Assembly: GCA_048938855.1 (NCBI GenBank)
Contig: JBHLLT010000007.1
Span: forward strand, 34,063 to 98,062
Direction: 5' to 3'
Source of the DNA: Promethearchaeota archaeon
GTDB taxonomy: Archaea > Asgardarchaeota > Lokiarchaeia > Sigyniarchaeales > SOKP01
DNA: 64,000 nucleotides
The position numbers and the translations under genes are program-made. Of the stretch, positions 1-10,478 are shown one piece after another (position 1 is the first letter of the stretch; each line of letters opens with the position of its first letter). The notes beneath the pieces are model-generated. The model saw only the letters and a list, made by a program, of their open reading frames with translations, ran no database searches and had not been told where the DNA came from.

Positions 1-289
1 TAAAATCTTTTCTCAAAATTTCTATCTGCTCGTCAAATTTGTCGTGAGCTTGTTTTAATTTTCTAAAAATTGTTTTATCTTCCCTTTCTAGATGAGGAAA
101 TATGAATTCCTCCTCTCCCGCAGCATGCACTATTAAAATATCCCAGAGATACTGTAATTTTTCACCGACAGACATTAATTCTTCTGGATTATTTACATCA
201 GCTCTTCCCAATTCAAACATAAGTTCAGTCATTAAAAACCGCAATCCTTTATGAACGGATCCATACACATCAAATCTAAGTTGACTCAT
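1..289 (-). CDS. Hemerythrin HHE cation-binding domain protein (partial, runs off the window start)
   Basis: Read manually (not in the ORF track): ATG at 289, MSQLRFDVYGSVHKGLRFLM...ILIVHAAGEEEFIFPHLE...LKQAHDKFDEQI. Shows the H...HxxxE(E)xxxFP...H hemerythrin pattern. Confidence 0.75.
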   Translation of the reverse strand, partial: MSQLRFDVYGSVHKGLRFLMTELMFELGRADVNNPEELMSVGEKLQYLWDILIVHAAGEEEFIFPHLEREDKTIFRKLKQAHDKFDEQIEILRKDF

Positions 290-450
290 TTTTTTCCACT
301 TAATTTTATATTTATATGGATTATTATTCCAAGCATTATTTAAAGCTAATATTAATAATTCTTAAATTTCATTGTAGAATTCTATAGATTTAATAGGAAT
401 ATAAAAAGAATATCATTAACTCACTATTATTTAATTGAGTATTTAAGTAT

Positions 451-1065
451 TTAATCTTGATATGAATATCTTTGCTGTTTCCAAGGATCCGCTTTATTTG
501 AATAACCTCCTCTTTCCCAATAGCCTAACCGATCCTCCTTTAGAAAAGTGATCCTTAATACCCACTTTGCTGATTTATAAAAATATAAATCAGGGATAAT
601 TGGCCTAACGGGACCTCCATGTTTTTCAGTTATCGGTAACCCATCATAAGTTAAAGCTAAGATCGTGTTTTCTTTTTTTAATTTCTCTATTGGAACCGTT
701 GTAGTAAAACCGTCATCAGCACATAAAAATTCCACATAATTAGCAGCGGGTTTAGGTTTGGTTAAGTTAAATATTTTATTAAATGAGATACCCCCCCATC
801 TTGTATTATACTTGCTCCAAGAAGTTACACAATGGATATCGACCATAATCTCTTTATCTTGAATTTCTTTTAGCTGTTTCAACGTAAATCTCATAGGATT
901 TTCTATTTCTCCATCAAATTCCAAGATATAATTCTCTCGATCTATATTAGGAATTCTGCCTTTTTGTAATACAGGAAATCGTTCCGTCAAATGCTGACCA
1001 GGTGGTAATCTTGATTTTCTTTTTTCTTCAAGATTTTGAGTTTCACGTTCATTATGAAAAACCAT
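451..1065 (-). CDS. Molybdopterin-dependent oxidoreductase, sulfite oxidase family (YuiH/MsrP-like)
   Basis: RLPPGQ, DIHCVTSWS (Mo-ligating Cys), HGGPVR, YFYKSAKW and GYWE..GY motifs. Confidence 0.9.
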   Translation of the reverse strand: MVFHNERETQNLEEKRKSRLPPGQHLTERFPVLQKGRIPNIDRENYILEFDGEIENPMRFTLKQLKEIQDKEIMVDIHCVTSWSKYNTRWGGISFNKIFNLTKPKPAANYVEFLCADDGFTTTVPIEKLKKENTILALTYDGLPITEKHGGPVRPIIPDLYFYKSAKWVLRITFLKEDRLGYWERGGYSNKADPWKQQRYSYQD

Positions 1066-1266
1066 ATAAATCTCCTATTTTTGTAAATTTTGCTAAATCT
1101 TGTAATATAGAATTAAATAGAGACTATATAACTTGATATAATCCTATATACTTTTTTACCATAAAGTAAAAATTTTTATATCAGTAATATATCTTTTTTA
1201 TAACAATGAAATATCTTCTTATAACAAAATATATTTTTTGATAACAAAAAATTTAGTGGCGATTAT

Positions 1267-1524
1267 ATGCTAGGGAAACATGCTTCAAATAATGTTTTAA
1301 ATAAAGATGATTATAAGATTGAAATAAGTCATAATTCTAAAGAGAAGCTTAATGTTGCTGAGTTAGTTTTAAAAACCTTAGGAATACAATATCATGTACA
1401 AGCACCCAAAACTCATACTACAGGGTTACTAAAATCTCTACTTAGGAAGTCTTTAGGTGAAATAAATGATGAATTAACTGATTTTGAACTCAATAGAGAG
1501 GATGACAATCATGGAAGCAATTGA
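1267..1524 (+). CDS. Hypothetical protein
   Basis: 85-aa ORF with an upstream GTGG; overlaps the next small ORF. Confidence 0.55.
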   Translation: MLGKHASNNVLNKDDYKIEISHNSKEKLNVAELVLKTLGIQYHVQAPKTHTTGLLKSLLRKSLGEINDELTDFELNREDDNHGSN

Positions 1525-1654
1525 AGTTGAAAACGAAATTTATGAATCAAAAATGCGCCTATATAGTTGGCTTTATGATGAAAAAGAAATCCAACCAAAA
1601 ATTCTTGAGGAAATGATTCATAATAAAGGTAAATTACTACCAATTAATCTTTAA
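1511..1654 (+). CDS. Small hypothetical protein (47 aa)
   Basis: Read manually: GAGG then ATG at 1511, MEAIEVENEIYESKMRLYSWLYDEKEIQPKILEEMIHNKGKLLPINL. Overlaps the end of the previous ORF. Confidence 0.5.
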   Translation: MEAIEVENEIYESKMRLYSWLYDEKEIQPKILEEMIHNKGKLLPINL

Positions 1655-1743
1655 TCCTCCATATATGATGAGTATATAAGATATCTGAAATCCCAAAATA
1701 ATAAGATTTAATTATTCGGGAATGCTTTTTAATATATATTATT

Positions 1744-1815
1744 GGGCCCATGGATTAGTGGAAGATCGTTCGCTTGGCATGCGAAAGGCCGCGGGTTCAA
1801 TTCCCGCTGGGTCCA
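1744..1815 (+). tRNA. tRNA-Ala(GGC), intronless, CCA not encoded
   Basis: Acceptor stem GGGCCCA/TGGGTCC with the G3:U70 alanine identity pair and A73. Anticodon arm TTCGC-TTGGCAT-GCGAA; T-arm GCGGG-TTCAATT-CCCGC. Confidence 0.97.
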
Positions 1816-2031
1816 AATTCTATTCTTAATTTAAGTCAATCTTATTATACATAAATTTACAATCATCCAAATTTTTGCTTTTATCTTATTAATATAAAGA
1901 ATAAAGGAATTATAAGAAAAAAATAAGGTTATAATATCGTAATGAACTGGAACATTAACTTTTTATAATTAATAAATATAAATTATACTCAATTAATTCG
2001 ACAATATAGTATAATTATTAAGGCAGGTAAC

Positions 2032-2415
2032 ATGTCTGATGAAAAAAAAATGCTAGCAAGAAAGAGAGCAGGGTTAAGTTTAAGTGGTATTGGTGGAGTA
2101 TTATATCTCATTGGTGGGATTATTCTTGCAACAGAGGGTTATTTTTATTTTGGTATTGGCTTTCCCCTTTCTTATTTGGTCACAGGCATAACTTCAATAA
2201 TAGGGACTGTAATAGGATTCAACCAAATAAAACTCGGCGGTACTTTAATTCTTATTGCGATGCCTATTGCGATTCTTATAACAATCATAACTTCTTTCTT
2301 TAGCATCTTCTATATCTTTATTAATTTAATAATCCCACTTTACCCGATTCCTTATTTCCCGTATGTGGTGTTAATAATAATTGGTGGAGCTCTCTGTAGA
2401 ATAAGCTCTGATTAA
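2032..2415 (+). CDS. Small integral membrane protein (about 4 TM)
   Basis: 127 aa with four hydrophobic Gly/Ile-rich segments; CAGGT upstream. Confidence 0.75.
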   Translation: MSDEKKMLARKRAGLSLSGIGGVLYLIGGIILATEGYFYFGIGFPLSYLVTGITSIIGTVIGFNQIKLGGTLILIAMPIAILITIITSFFSIFYIFINLIIPLYPIPYFPYVVLIIIGGALCRISSD

Positions 2416-2483
2416 AAATTGAGCGATTTGTTGATTAATGTTAAAAATATGATATTTTTTTGCAGTATCTATCAAATTCAACA

Positions 2484-2684
2484 TTACAATATTTGGATAA
2501 TTATTACTAATATAGATACTAAAACCATAATAATACAAAAGATAATCCAAATAAAGATCCTGAATCTAAGATTGTGTCTGTATGTTATTTTCCATGAATT
2601 ACATTTAGGGCATCTTATATATCTGCTTTGAAGAAATTTTATATTCTCCTCTTCATACCCACAAGCTCTACAAATAAATCTCAT
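2484..2684 (-). CDS. Zinc-ribbon protein with C-terminal TM helix
   Basis: CRAC...CPKC followed by a hydrophobic C-terminal segment. Confidence 0.65.
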   Translation of the reverse strand: MRFICRACGYEEENIKFLQSRYIRCPKCNSWKITYRHNLRFRIFIWIIFCIIMVLVSILVIIIQIL

Positions 2685-2882
2685 TTTTGGATTCTCTTCT
2701 AATATATATGGAGGAAATATTAAGATTAATAAATATAGTTTATAGTCAATAAATTAAGAATTTAACTCGAGTTAAGATATTGATGATTCTATAGGATTAG
2801 AATATATATGTTTTTATTAAATCAAATTTTTAGGATATTACAAGAAAGATTAAATAAACAATATTCTATTCTACATTAACCT

Positions 2883-5800
2883 ATGACATTAAAACTAAAA
2901 AGAAAATCAAATTTCATAATAATTTTACTAATTTTTGTTAGTTATTTTGTAATCCCATTTAGTGGAATATTATTAAATTATTCTAATACTTATAATCAAT
3001 TAGAACATGAGTTTATTCCAAAAGAATCTTTATCTACGTCTTTAAACTCAGAGGCTAGTTCAAAATATTTGAATTTTGAGAGTCAATCTAAATCTAAATA
3101 TGCCAAATTTGATACTAGTTTAAATGAATATTTAGTAAATTTAACACTTGATAAAACTGAATTGTATAAACGGATACAAGTTGTAGTTCTTTTTGAGGAT
3201 GGTATAAGTAAAGAGGAACGTATGAAAATTATAGATTCTACTTTTGATGATTATAAATTTGTGAGACATTATGATATAATTCCTGGAACATATATAAAAA
3301 TTAATTCTAAGCAACTAATTGATAATTATCAAAAGATTGAAGGACTTAAATCAATAAAAAAAATCTTTAAATCTAATTATTACAAAAGTCCTTACATTAT
3401 AGAAGGAAATCTTCAAACAAGTTCTTTAAATTCTGAAGATTATCCAAATTGGTGGGTCTCTGCAGTAGGAGCAAATAACCTCCCCTATAATGGCTCAGGT
3501 GTGAAAGTAGCAGTAATTGATACGGGAATATACAATCATCCCGATTTGAATATAATAAATAATAGTAATTTTGTGACTGATGAAAATCCATTAAACTATG
3601 ATGATACTCTTGGGCATGGTACTCATGTAGGAGGTATTATAGCAGGGAGTGGTGAAAGTTCCTCAGGAAAATATAGAGGAATAGCACCTGGTGCCTTATT
3701 AATTAATGCTAGAGCGGGAAATGCAAGTGGGCTAACTGATACGGATATTATAAGTGCTATTGAATGGAGTGCTACTCCAACAAGTTTAAAGGGTGCTGGT
3801 GCGGATATTATATCTATGAGTTTTGGAGGAGGTTATCCTGTGCTTTCAGATTTAATAACCCAAACCATAACATCTGCAAGAGCACTCTATGGGGTCGTAT
3901 TTGTTTCTTCAGCAGGTAATTCTGGTCCAGAATATCTTACGGGATCTACTCCTGCTTCTAGTGCTGAATCTATTGCTGTAGGTGCAACTAATAAGAATAA
4001 TGAATTAGCATCATTTAGTAGTTGGGGCCCAACTTATAGATATATAGGATATCCTGATGTAGTTGCTCCTGGAGTTGATATAATATCAACAGAGGCACCT
4101 AATTCAATAATTTCAGAGGAGAAACGTCTTATCGGAGATTTCTTCGATTTTCCAGGTGATGGTGATTATATACCCCTTAGTGGAACAAGTATGTCTTGTC
4201 CTGTAGTTGCAGGGGCATTAGCAATTTTATTAGAAGCTTATCCTAACATAACACCTGAAACTGCAAGAATTGCTTTAATAGAAGGAGCTAGAAAACTTAA
4301 TGATGAAAATGAAGCTGATTATCTTAAATCTGGAGCGGGAATCATAAATGTAAGTGCTTCCCTCGATTACTTAAATAATTTAAATGAATCTCATACAAAC
4401 ATTAATGATATTGTAAAAATTTATCCAGATACTCTTCCTGTTAAACCATTTGATCTATTAAACTTTCCTGGAGATTATCAAAAATTTAATTTAACTGTAA
4501 TTTCGGGGAATAGTACAACTTATAATATTGAGATTCCTAATAACATTCAGGGAGTCTCAATTTCATATAATACCTTTCTTCCATCGTATTCTGAAATCGG
4601 GATAAGCTTTTTAGAATTAGGAATTGAAATTACTCCAGATGCAATACCAGGTATTAGAAATTTTCAGATTAATCTAACTGTAGGTGGAGTACTATATGAT
4701 TCAGTAAATGTTTTATTAGATATTCGATTACCAGAATCCAAAGTATTAATGGAATCTTATCATGGATTAAATGATTGGTTTCCAGAAATTTCAAAATTCT
4801 ACCAAATGGGATTTTATGAAGCTATCGCAGATTTTACTGAGAGAAATATATCAGTTGATTATAATATGGAGTATTGGACACCTGACTATAATAAAAACTT
4901 TAATAATTCAATTTTAACTGAGGAAAAATTAGCTCAATATAATCTAATAGTATTACAAAACCCACTTTTGCCTTATAGCTCATTGGAAATAAAAAATCTT
5001 AAAGATTATTTTGAAAATGGGGGTAATATATTTTTTCTAGGAACTCGTTATCAAGATTTAGCATTGGAAAATCTCAACTACTTATTCTCACAGTTAGATG
5101 TAGATATTCAAATTAATGAAGAAAATATAATGGATGATAACTGGCTTGGCATAGGAACTAGTGTTAGTGCACAAACTATAAAAAATTTCAGTAATATAAA
5201 ACTTTTTAACAATGTAAATGATGTTTATTGGCAATATGGAAATAGTTTTACAGTCTCTGGTAATGCTGAATCAGCAGCCACAATAGGCAATAACACAGTA
5301 GTTGCTTTATACAATGGAACATCACACGGAACAGGAAGTCTTCTAGCATTCGGAGATTTACATTGGATGTATTATGATTATCAATCAACCAATTATAGTC
5401 AAAGTCATTTTAATGTATTAAATAATATTATAGATTTCTTATTACCTGAAGAGCAAGTATCAATTAATATAAATTTAAGAAGCTATGATATCCCAACTTC
5501 AAAAATCAATTTGTACTTATATTTAAAAAATCAAAGTTCCGATTCTCCAATATCACAATCAGATTATGATTCATTAGAAGTAAAAATTAGAAATTCCACT
5601 TTTACTAAATCCATCAAATTAAACACCAATTTTTCAGATAATGGCATATATTTCAATAATACCTTTAACTTACCTCTTCCAAACTATAAGGCTTATATTA
5701 TTGAAGTAAATCTTACCATTGGAATAAATAGTTATAATAAAGTATCTAAAATTCTCTATTTCGATAAGAGTGAAATGCCTCAAATTATCCAATTATCAAG

Positions 5801-6929
5801 TACGGATCGAGCAATAACGAGAGCTCCAATAGTCTCAACTGTGTTAGAAGCGGAAATGGATGCTTCAACATACAAAAATATAACGGGATACCTTTCAATA
5901 TATTCTCATTCATTCTATAACTCAAAAATGTCTGTTAACAAAACAATAGTACTTACTAATCAATCTTTAAATATGTATAGCTATAATTTCGATCCAGCTA
6001 CGTCAGATCCTTCAGGATTTGGAATTTATTACATAGTTCCTGTAAATTCAAATTATACCAATCCATACTCCCCAAGATACGACTTTGAAATTGTAAACAA
6101 CCCTCCTTCTATACTAAAGTCAAGTTCTAGTTTTAATCTGGTAGGATACGGAGACGTTTATTTTGACGAAACTGAATCTGACAAAGGATCTTATGTATAT
6201 ACCGCAACTCAAGGGGATAAGTTCATTTTTGCTGTAAATGTGAGAGATTCGGTAAATTATGAAGATCCTAGTTCTAATATGAGAGTATTTGTAAATTTAT
6301 TTACATGTTCTGTATCTGGTGATAACTATATCTTTTTGATTCCTCCCCATACAATTGAGGTAACTGAACTAAATTATGAAACATCGTCAGGCAAATATGA
6401 AGGTTCGTTTATTATTCCAGATACCATGCTCTATAGTTCTATTACTGGTATAAAGCCGATTTCAACAGCAGCAGGATTTAATTTTGATACAAGTGAAGGA
6501 TATTTGAGCCTATTTTATATTACTGTGTACGATAGTGAAGGAGAAACTGATGATTTTATTATTATTCTGAAAATATCAGTACCTCCAATTGATATTTCTT
6601 TACTTATAATCATCATTATTTCAATTGTAGCTCTCATAGGAGTGGTTAGTCTATTTGTCTATTATGCAAGAAAGAAAAAATATCCTAGAACAACGCAAAT
6701 TCAGCCAATATATGAAGATATTTATTATAGTCCGGCATATGATGAACCAAGCGAAGAATCATATTTGGTACCAGATTCATTATCCTCAGTTGGCGCTTCA
6801 TTTTATTGTCCTTTCTGTGGACATGCTCTTAGAACACCAAAAAAGTTTTGCCCATCATGTGGTGAATCTCTTGAATTTTTTAACCAAAATGAAGAAAATA
6901 ATGTAGAAAATGGAACTAATAACGATTGA
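2883..6929 (+). CDS. Membrane-anchored S8 subtilisin-like protease (propeptide, S8 domain, DUF4350/GldG-like domain, beta-rich domains, TM, cytoplasmic double zinc ribbon)
   Basis: N-terminal signal/TM. Catalytic triad VAVIDTG, GHGTHVGG, SGTSMSCP; oxyanion SAGNSG. C-terminal TM (LLIIIIISIVALIGVVSLFVYY) then CPFCG...CPSCG. Confidence 0.92.
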   Translation: MTLKLKRKSNFIIILLIFVSYFVIPFSGILLNYSNTYNQLEHEFIPKESLSTSLNSEASSKYLNFESQSKSKYAKFDTSLNEYLVNLTLDKTELYKRIQVVVLFEDGISKEERMKIIDSTFDDYKFVRHYDIIPGTYIKINSKQLIDNYQKIEGLKSIKKIFKSNYYKSPYIIEGNLQTSSLNSEDYPNWWVSAVGANNLPYNGSGVKVAVIDTGIYNHPDLNIINNSNFVTDENPLNYDDTLGHGTHVGGIIAGSGESSSGKYRGIAPGALLINARAGNASGLTDTDIISAIEWSATPTSLKGAGADIISMSFGGGYPVLSDLITQTITSARALYGVVFVSSAGNSGPEYLTGSTPASSAESIAVGATNKNNELASFSSWGPTYRYIGYPDVVAPGVDIISTEAPNSIISEEKRLIGDFFDFPGDGDYIPLSGTSMSCPVVAGALAILLEAYPNITPETARIALIEGARKLNDENEADYLKSGAGIINVSASLDYLNNLNESHTNINDIVKIYPDTLPVKPFDLLNFPGDYQKFNLTVISGNSTTYNIEIPNNIQGVSISYNTFLPSYSEIGISFLELGIEITPDAIPGIRNFQINLTVGGVLYDSVNVLLDIRLPESKVLMESYHGLNDWFPEISKFYQMGFYEAIADFTERNISVDYNMEYWTPDYNKNFNNSILTEEKLAQYNLIVLQNPLLPYSSLEIKNLKDYFENGGNIFFLGTRYQDLALENLNYLFSQLDVDIQINEENIMDDNWLGIGTSVSAQTIKNFSNIKLFNNVNDVYWQYGNSFTVSGNAESAATIGNNTVVALYNGTSHGTGSLLAFGDLHWMYYDYQSTNYSQSHFNVLNNIIDFLLPEEQVSININLRSYDIPTSKINLYLYLKNQSSDSPISQSDYDSLEVKIRNSTFTKSIKLNTNFSDNGIYFNNTFNLPLPNYKAYIIEVNLTIGINSYNKVSKILYFDKSEMPQIIQLSSTDRAITRAPIVSTVLEAEMDASTYKNITGYLSIYSHSFYNSKMSVNKTIVLTNQSLNMYSYNFDPATSDPSGFGIYYIVPVNSNYTNPYSPRYDFEIVNNPPSILKSSSSFNLVGYGDVYFDETESDKGSYVYTATQGDKFIFAVNVRDSVNYEDPSSNMRVFVNLFTCSVSGDNYIFLIPPHTIEVTELNYETSSGKYEGSFIIPDTMLYSSITGIKPISTAAGFNFDTSEGYLSLFYITVYDSEGETDDFIIILKISVPPIDISLLIIIIISIVALIGVVSLFVYYARKKKYPRTTQIQPIYEDIYYSPAYDEPSEESYLVPDSLSSVGASFYCPFCGHALRTPKKFCPSCGESLEFFNQNEENNVENGTNND

Positions 6930-6939
6930 GTTTTCTTTT

Positions 6940-7647
6940 CTATTTTTTTAAAATTATAACATCCCCTTCACGAGTACCAACATACACTCTTGATGTCATA
7001 TTATAAAAAAGTCCAGTATCGACTACCCCAGGAATGTTCTTAATTTTCTGATCAAGGTCCATAGGGTTACTAATTTCTCCAAAATCAACATCTATGATAA
7101 AATTTCCATTATCTGTAATTAACGGACCACTTTTTGATTGAGCCATTCGAAGTCTTGGAGTTCCACCTAATTTTTTAAATTTTTCCATCATTGGATAATA
7201 TGACATTGGAATTACTTCTATGGGAACTCCCTTTTTCCAATTTCGCCCTAATTTACCCGAATTTTTCCTAAAATCCACTATTATAATCAAGTTCTTTGAA
7301 TTTGAAGCAAGAATTTTCTCCTGTACCAGACAACCTCCTCCACCTTTAATAAGATTAAGTTCTTTGTCTACTTCATCTGCTCCATCAAAATCAACATCTA
7401 CTATTGGATATTGTTCTAAAGACACTAACTCTAACTCATTTTCTATAATCAATTGATAAGCTTGAAATGAACTTGGAATACATCTTAAATTCAGAGATTT
7501 TTCCTTATTTAATTCTCCTAATTTTTGTACTGCATAAACAACCGTAGATCCACTACCAATACCAACAACCATATTTTTTTTTATATTTTCTTCAATAGCT
7601 TTTATAGCAGCTTTTTTTTTCCCTACTTCTACTAAATCTTCATTCAA
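6940..7647 (-). CDS. rpiA: Ribose-5-phosphate isomerase A
   Basis: GIGSGST, DGADEVD, IKGGGG, TDNGN and IPGVVDTGLF motifs. Confidence 0.97.
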   Translation of the reverse strand: MNEDLVEVGKKKAAIKAIEENIKKNMVVGIGSGSTVVYAVQKLGELNKEKSLNLRCIPSSFQAYQLIIENELELVSLEQYPIVDVDFDGADEVDKELNLIKGGGGCLVQEKILASNSKNLIIIVDFRKNSGKLGRNWKKGVPIEVIPMSYYPMMEKFKKLGGTPRLRMAQSKSGPLITDNGNFIIDVDFGEISNPMDLDQKIKNIPGVVDTGLFYNMTSRVYVGTREGDVIILKK

Positions 7648-7662
7648 TATTCCACCAACTCT

Positions 7663-8064
7663 TCATTTTTTGAACAAATTTAGAATTCTTATCGCCAAAT
7701 ATGCAGCATTTTCGCCCCTGTCAATACCTACACACCCTACTGGGACTCGTGGAGGCATTTGTGCAATTGATAATAATGCGTCTAATCCCCCTAATTTTGC
7801 GCTTACTGGTACACCAATAACAGGTTTATCTGTCTTGGAAGCAATAACACCAGGTAAAGCTGCAGATAATCCTGCAACAGCAATATAGATTAATGCATTA
7901 GAAGATTTTAAATACTCATCTAATTTTTCAGGATCTCGATGAGCTGAGAGAATTTTTAACTCGTGCGGGATGTCATTTTCCTCTAGAACTTTAATTGCTT
8001 TATTATAGACTCCCTCATCAGAGGTGCTTCCCGCTATAACAGCTACATCAACTTTTTGACTCAT
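7663..8064 (-). CDS. purE: AIR carboxylase / N5-CAIR mutase PurE
   Basis: [36 protein letters not shown]. The start is probably ATG 8064 (MSQKVD) rather than 8097. Confidence 0.95.
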   Translation of the reverse strand: MSQKVDVAVIAGSTSDEGVYNKAIKVLEENDIPHELKILSAHRDPEKLDEYLKSSNALIYIAVAGLSAALPGVIASKTDKPVIGVPVSAKLGGLDALLSIAQMPPRVPVGCVGIDRGENAAYLAIRILNLFKK

Positions 8065-8236
8065 AATAAATGTAAAGTTTCCACTAATATTAAGCATTTT
8101 ATTAATTTTGTATTAATAACAATATCCACCAATATTGATTAAATCCACTACTTTCTGATCTTTTCAAAAATTAAGTATTTCAGAGTTTTTAAGAAAGAAA
8201 GTTCAAAAAAGCCATAACAAATGTTGAATCAAGTCC

Positions 8237-8491
8237 TTAATAGACGGGATCCCCTCTTTTTTTATATAAATCAATTGATTTCTTTGTAAATACTAAAATG
8301 AGTATTCCTGCAATAATGAAAATAATTCCCGTCTGTAGAATAGTTTCGGGTGGGACTGAAAATGAACCATTGTCATGAACAATAATTAAAATAATTCCTC
8401 CTATTATTAACGCAATACCTAGTATTGCTGAAAAGATTCCGTGATAATAAAACTCATGGTGTTTAATAAGATAAGATATTTTTTTTGGAAT
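8237..8491 (-). CDS. Small 2-TM membrane protein with no ATG/GTG/TTG start (candidate ATT start)
   Basis: Read manually: (I)PKKISYLIKHHEFYYHGIFSAILGIALIIGGIILIIVHDNGSFSVPPETILQTGIIFIIAGILILVFTKKSIDLYKKRGDPVY*. An in-frame TAA lies immediately upstream. Confidence 0.55.
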   Translation of the reverse strand: MPKKISYLIKHHEFYYHGIFSAILGIALIIGGIILIIVHDNGSFSVPPETILQTGIIFIIAGILILVFTKKSIDLYKKRGDPVY

Positions 8492-8637
8492 TTAAAATTT
8501 AATCCCTTTCCTCATAGATCTATATTAATAAAACACCTAAGATTCTCTTCAATTATCACAAATTTTAATTTCGGGTAAAAATTCAATAATCTAATTACAA
8601 ATTAAACATATGAAAATTAATCAAAAGTGATTTAATA

Positions 8638-9924
8638 ATGGTGGAATTAAACGAAGTATGGTTAATAGATTATGCTAGAACTGCATTCTCCCGTTCAAGA
8701 CCACGACAACCAGAGAGAGATGTTTTTGGTGAAATTCGTGGCGATGAACTCTTAGCTAAACTATTGATGAAATTTTTTGATGGAAAACTTGCTGATAAAG
8801 GAATCAAAAAGGATGAGATTGAAGAATTCACTGTAGGTACAGCAATGGGTGTATATGAGGCCTGGACATATGGTGGAAGATTACCTCTATTTCTAGCAGA
8901 ATTCCCTGCGCATGTTCCTGCTATGTTCGTTGATCGTCAATGTGGCTCAGCTGGATCAGGGATGCATGTGGGTATTATGGAAATTATGACTGGTAATAGT
9001 AAAATCTGTTTAGCTGGAGGTGTAGAACACATGACTAGAATTCCAATGCAAAATGATTGGATTCGCCCAAACCTCGCGATGGTTAATAAAAAAAGTGAAT
9101 GGTATAGACCTCAGTATGATTTAATGACTACAATTAATATGATTCAAACAGCACAAAAACTCTATGAACAAGAAATCCCAGCATTCACAAAAGAAGATTT
9201 GGATAAGTTTGGAGTTAGAAGTCATAATTTGACAGTAGATAATCAAGAAAAAGGTTGGTTTAATGGTGAAATCATCCCAATTGAAGGTCATGCCGAAGGA
9301 AATGTTGAAGAACCTCTAATAGTTGATAGAGATATGGCCGCAAGAAAATCTAGCTTAGAAAGAGTTTCTCAATTACCTAGATTATCAAAACCCTTTTATT
9401 TGGAAAAAAATGGTGGTAAACAGGGATATATAGATCGTGAAGGAACTAAAGACGGTGTAATTACTCCAGGGAATTCTTCACCCCTCAATGCTGGCGCTAC
9501 TACATGTTTAATGATGGAAGCAGAGGAGGCGAAAAAGAGAGGTCTAGAACCATTAGCTAAAATTGTATCGATTGGTTGGGCCGCAGTGGATCCATCCGTC
9601 ATGGGACGAGGACCTGTTCCCGCTACTCAAAAAGCATTAGATCATGCAGGATTAAAAGCAGATGATATTGATTATTGGGAGATTAATGAAGCTTTCACTA
9701 TTGTAGCACTTAATTGTATGAAAGAATTTAACATTCCTGAAGAAAAGGTTAATGTTATGGGGGGTTCTACCGCTATTGGGCACCCATTAGGAGCAACAAT
9801 GATACGATTGCCTGGTACTCTTGCTCGTATCTTAAAAGATAAAAAAGCTAAGTATGGTGTCGCTAATGCGTGCGTTGGCGGCGGGCAAGGCGTTGCAACA
9901 ATAATAGAAAATTTAGATGCATAA
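8638..9924 (+). CDS. Acetyl-CoA C-acyltransferase (thiolase)
   Basis: RQCGSAG (nucleophile Cys), GGVEHM, NEAF, GHPLGATM and CVGGGQG. Confidence 0.95.
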   Translation: MVELNEVWLIDYARTAFSRSRPRQPERDVFGEIRGDELLAKLLMKFFDGKLADKGIKKDEIEEFTVGTAMGVYEAWTYGGRLPLFLAEFPAHVPAMFVDRQCGSAGSGMHVGIMEIMTGNSKICLAGGVEHMTRIPMQNDWIRPNLAMVNKKSEWYRPQYDLMTTINMIQTAQKLYEQEIPAFTKEDLDKFGVRSHNLTVDNQEKGWFNGEIIPIEGHAEGNVEEPLIVDRDMAARKSSLERVSQLPRLSKPFYLEKNGGKQGYIDREGTKDGVITPGNSSPLNAGATTCLMMEAEEAKKRGLEPLAKIVSIGWAAVDPSVMGRGPVPATQKALDHAGLKADDIDYWEINEAFTIVALNCMKEFNIPEEKVNVMGGSTAIGHPLGATMIRLPGTLARILKDKKAKYGVANACVGGGQGVATIIENLDA

Positions 9925-9950
9925 ATATTTAGTATAAAAAATCTTACACT

Positions 9951-9970
9951 AATTTTTTTACTTTTTTTAA
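9951..9970 (+). terminator. Archaeal-type oligo-T terminator tract
   Basis: Two T7 runs shortly after the thiolase stop codon. Confidence 0.5.
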
Positions 9971-10115
9971 TTTGTATTATCTCATTATCCTAATTTAAAA
10001 TGGCTCAATAACTAAAATTGAAATTCTTTAGATTTATCGATAATCTGCGAAATGTTTAAATATTAGCCAATAACAAATTATCTTACAACGAAATTAAAAT
10101 GAAAGTGAATTCAAA

Positions 10116-10322
10116 ATGACTGTATATAAAAGTATTCAATTAGTTGGAACCTCAGATAAGAACTGGGCTGACGCGGTTAAAAATTGTTATGATGAAGCAA
10201 AAAAGAGTTTACGTGGTATTCGAAACATTCAGATTATTGAATCTGATGTGAAGATTAAAGAAGATATAGATAAATTAATCTACAGGGTTCGTGTCCAAGT
10301 TAACTTTCAGTTAGAGAGATAA
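10116..10322 (+). CDS. Dodecin family flavin-binding protein
   Basis: 68 aa: VYKSIQLVGTS..W.DAV....A.KSLRGI...YRV.V.V.F.L pattern. Confidence 0.9.
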   Translation: MTVYKSIQLVGTSDKNWADAVKNCYDEAKKSLRGIRNIQIIESDVKIKEDIDKLIYRVRVQVNFQLER

Positions 10323-10331
10323 ATCCTCAAA

Positions 10332-10356
10332 CTTTTTTTATTTTTTTCTATTTTCT
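10332..10356 (+). terminator. Oligo-T terminator tract
   Basis: CTTTTTTTATTTTTTTCTATTTTCT right after the dodecin stop codon. Confidence 0.5.
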
Positions 10357-10478
10357 ATAATGTTTTAATTTTATGATATAAATTAGGTTTTGATTTCATA
10401 AATTAAAATCTTCCAATTTTTAGAATCAAATTTTAATAGGTTGAATCTTATTTTAAAATTAATTATTTTCAGAATGGG

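Noticed and set aside
1744-2700. tRNA-Ala as the integration site of a mobile element
   Set aside because: No integrase and no duplicated tRNA 3' end were seen in the window.
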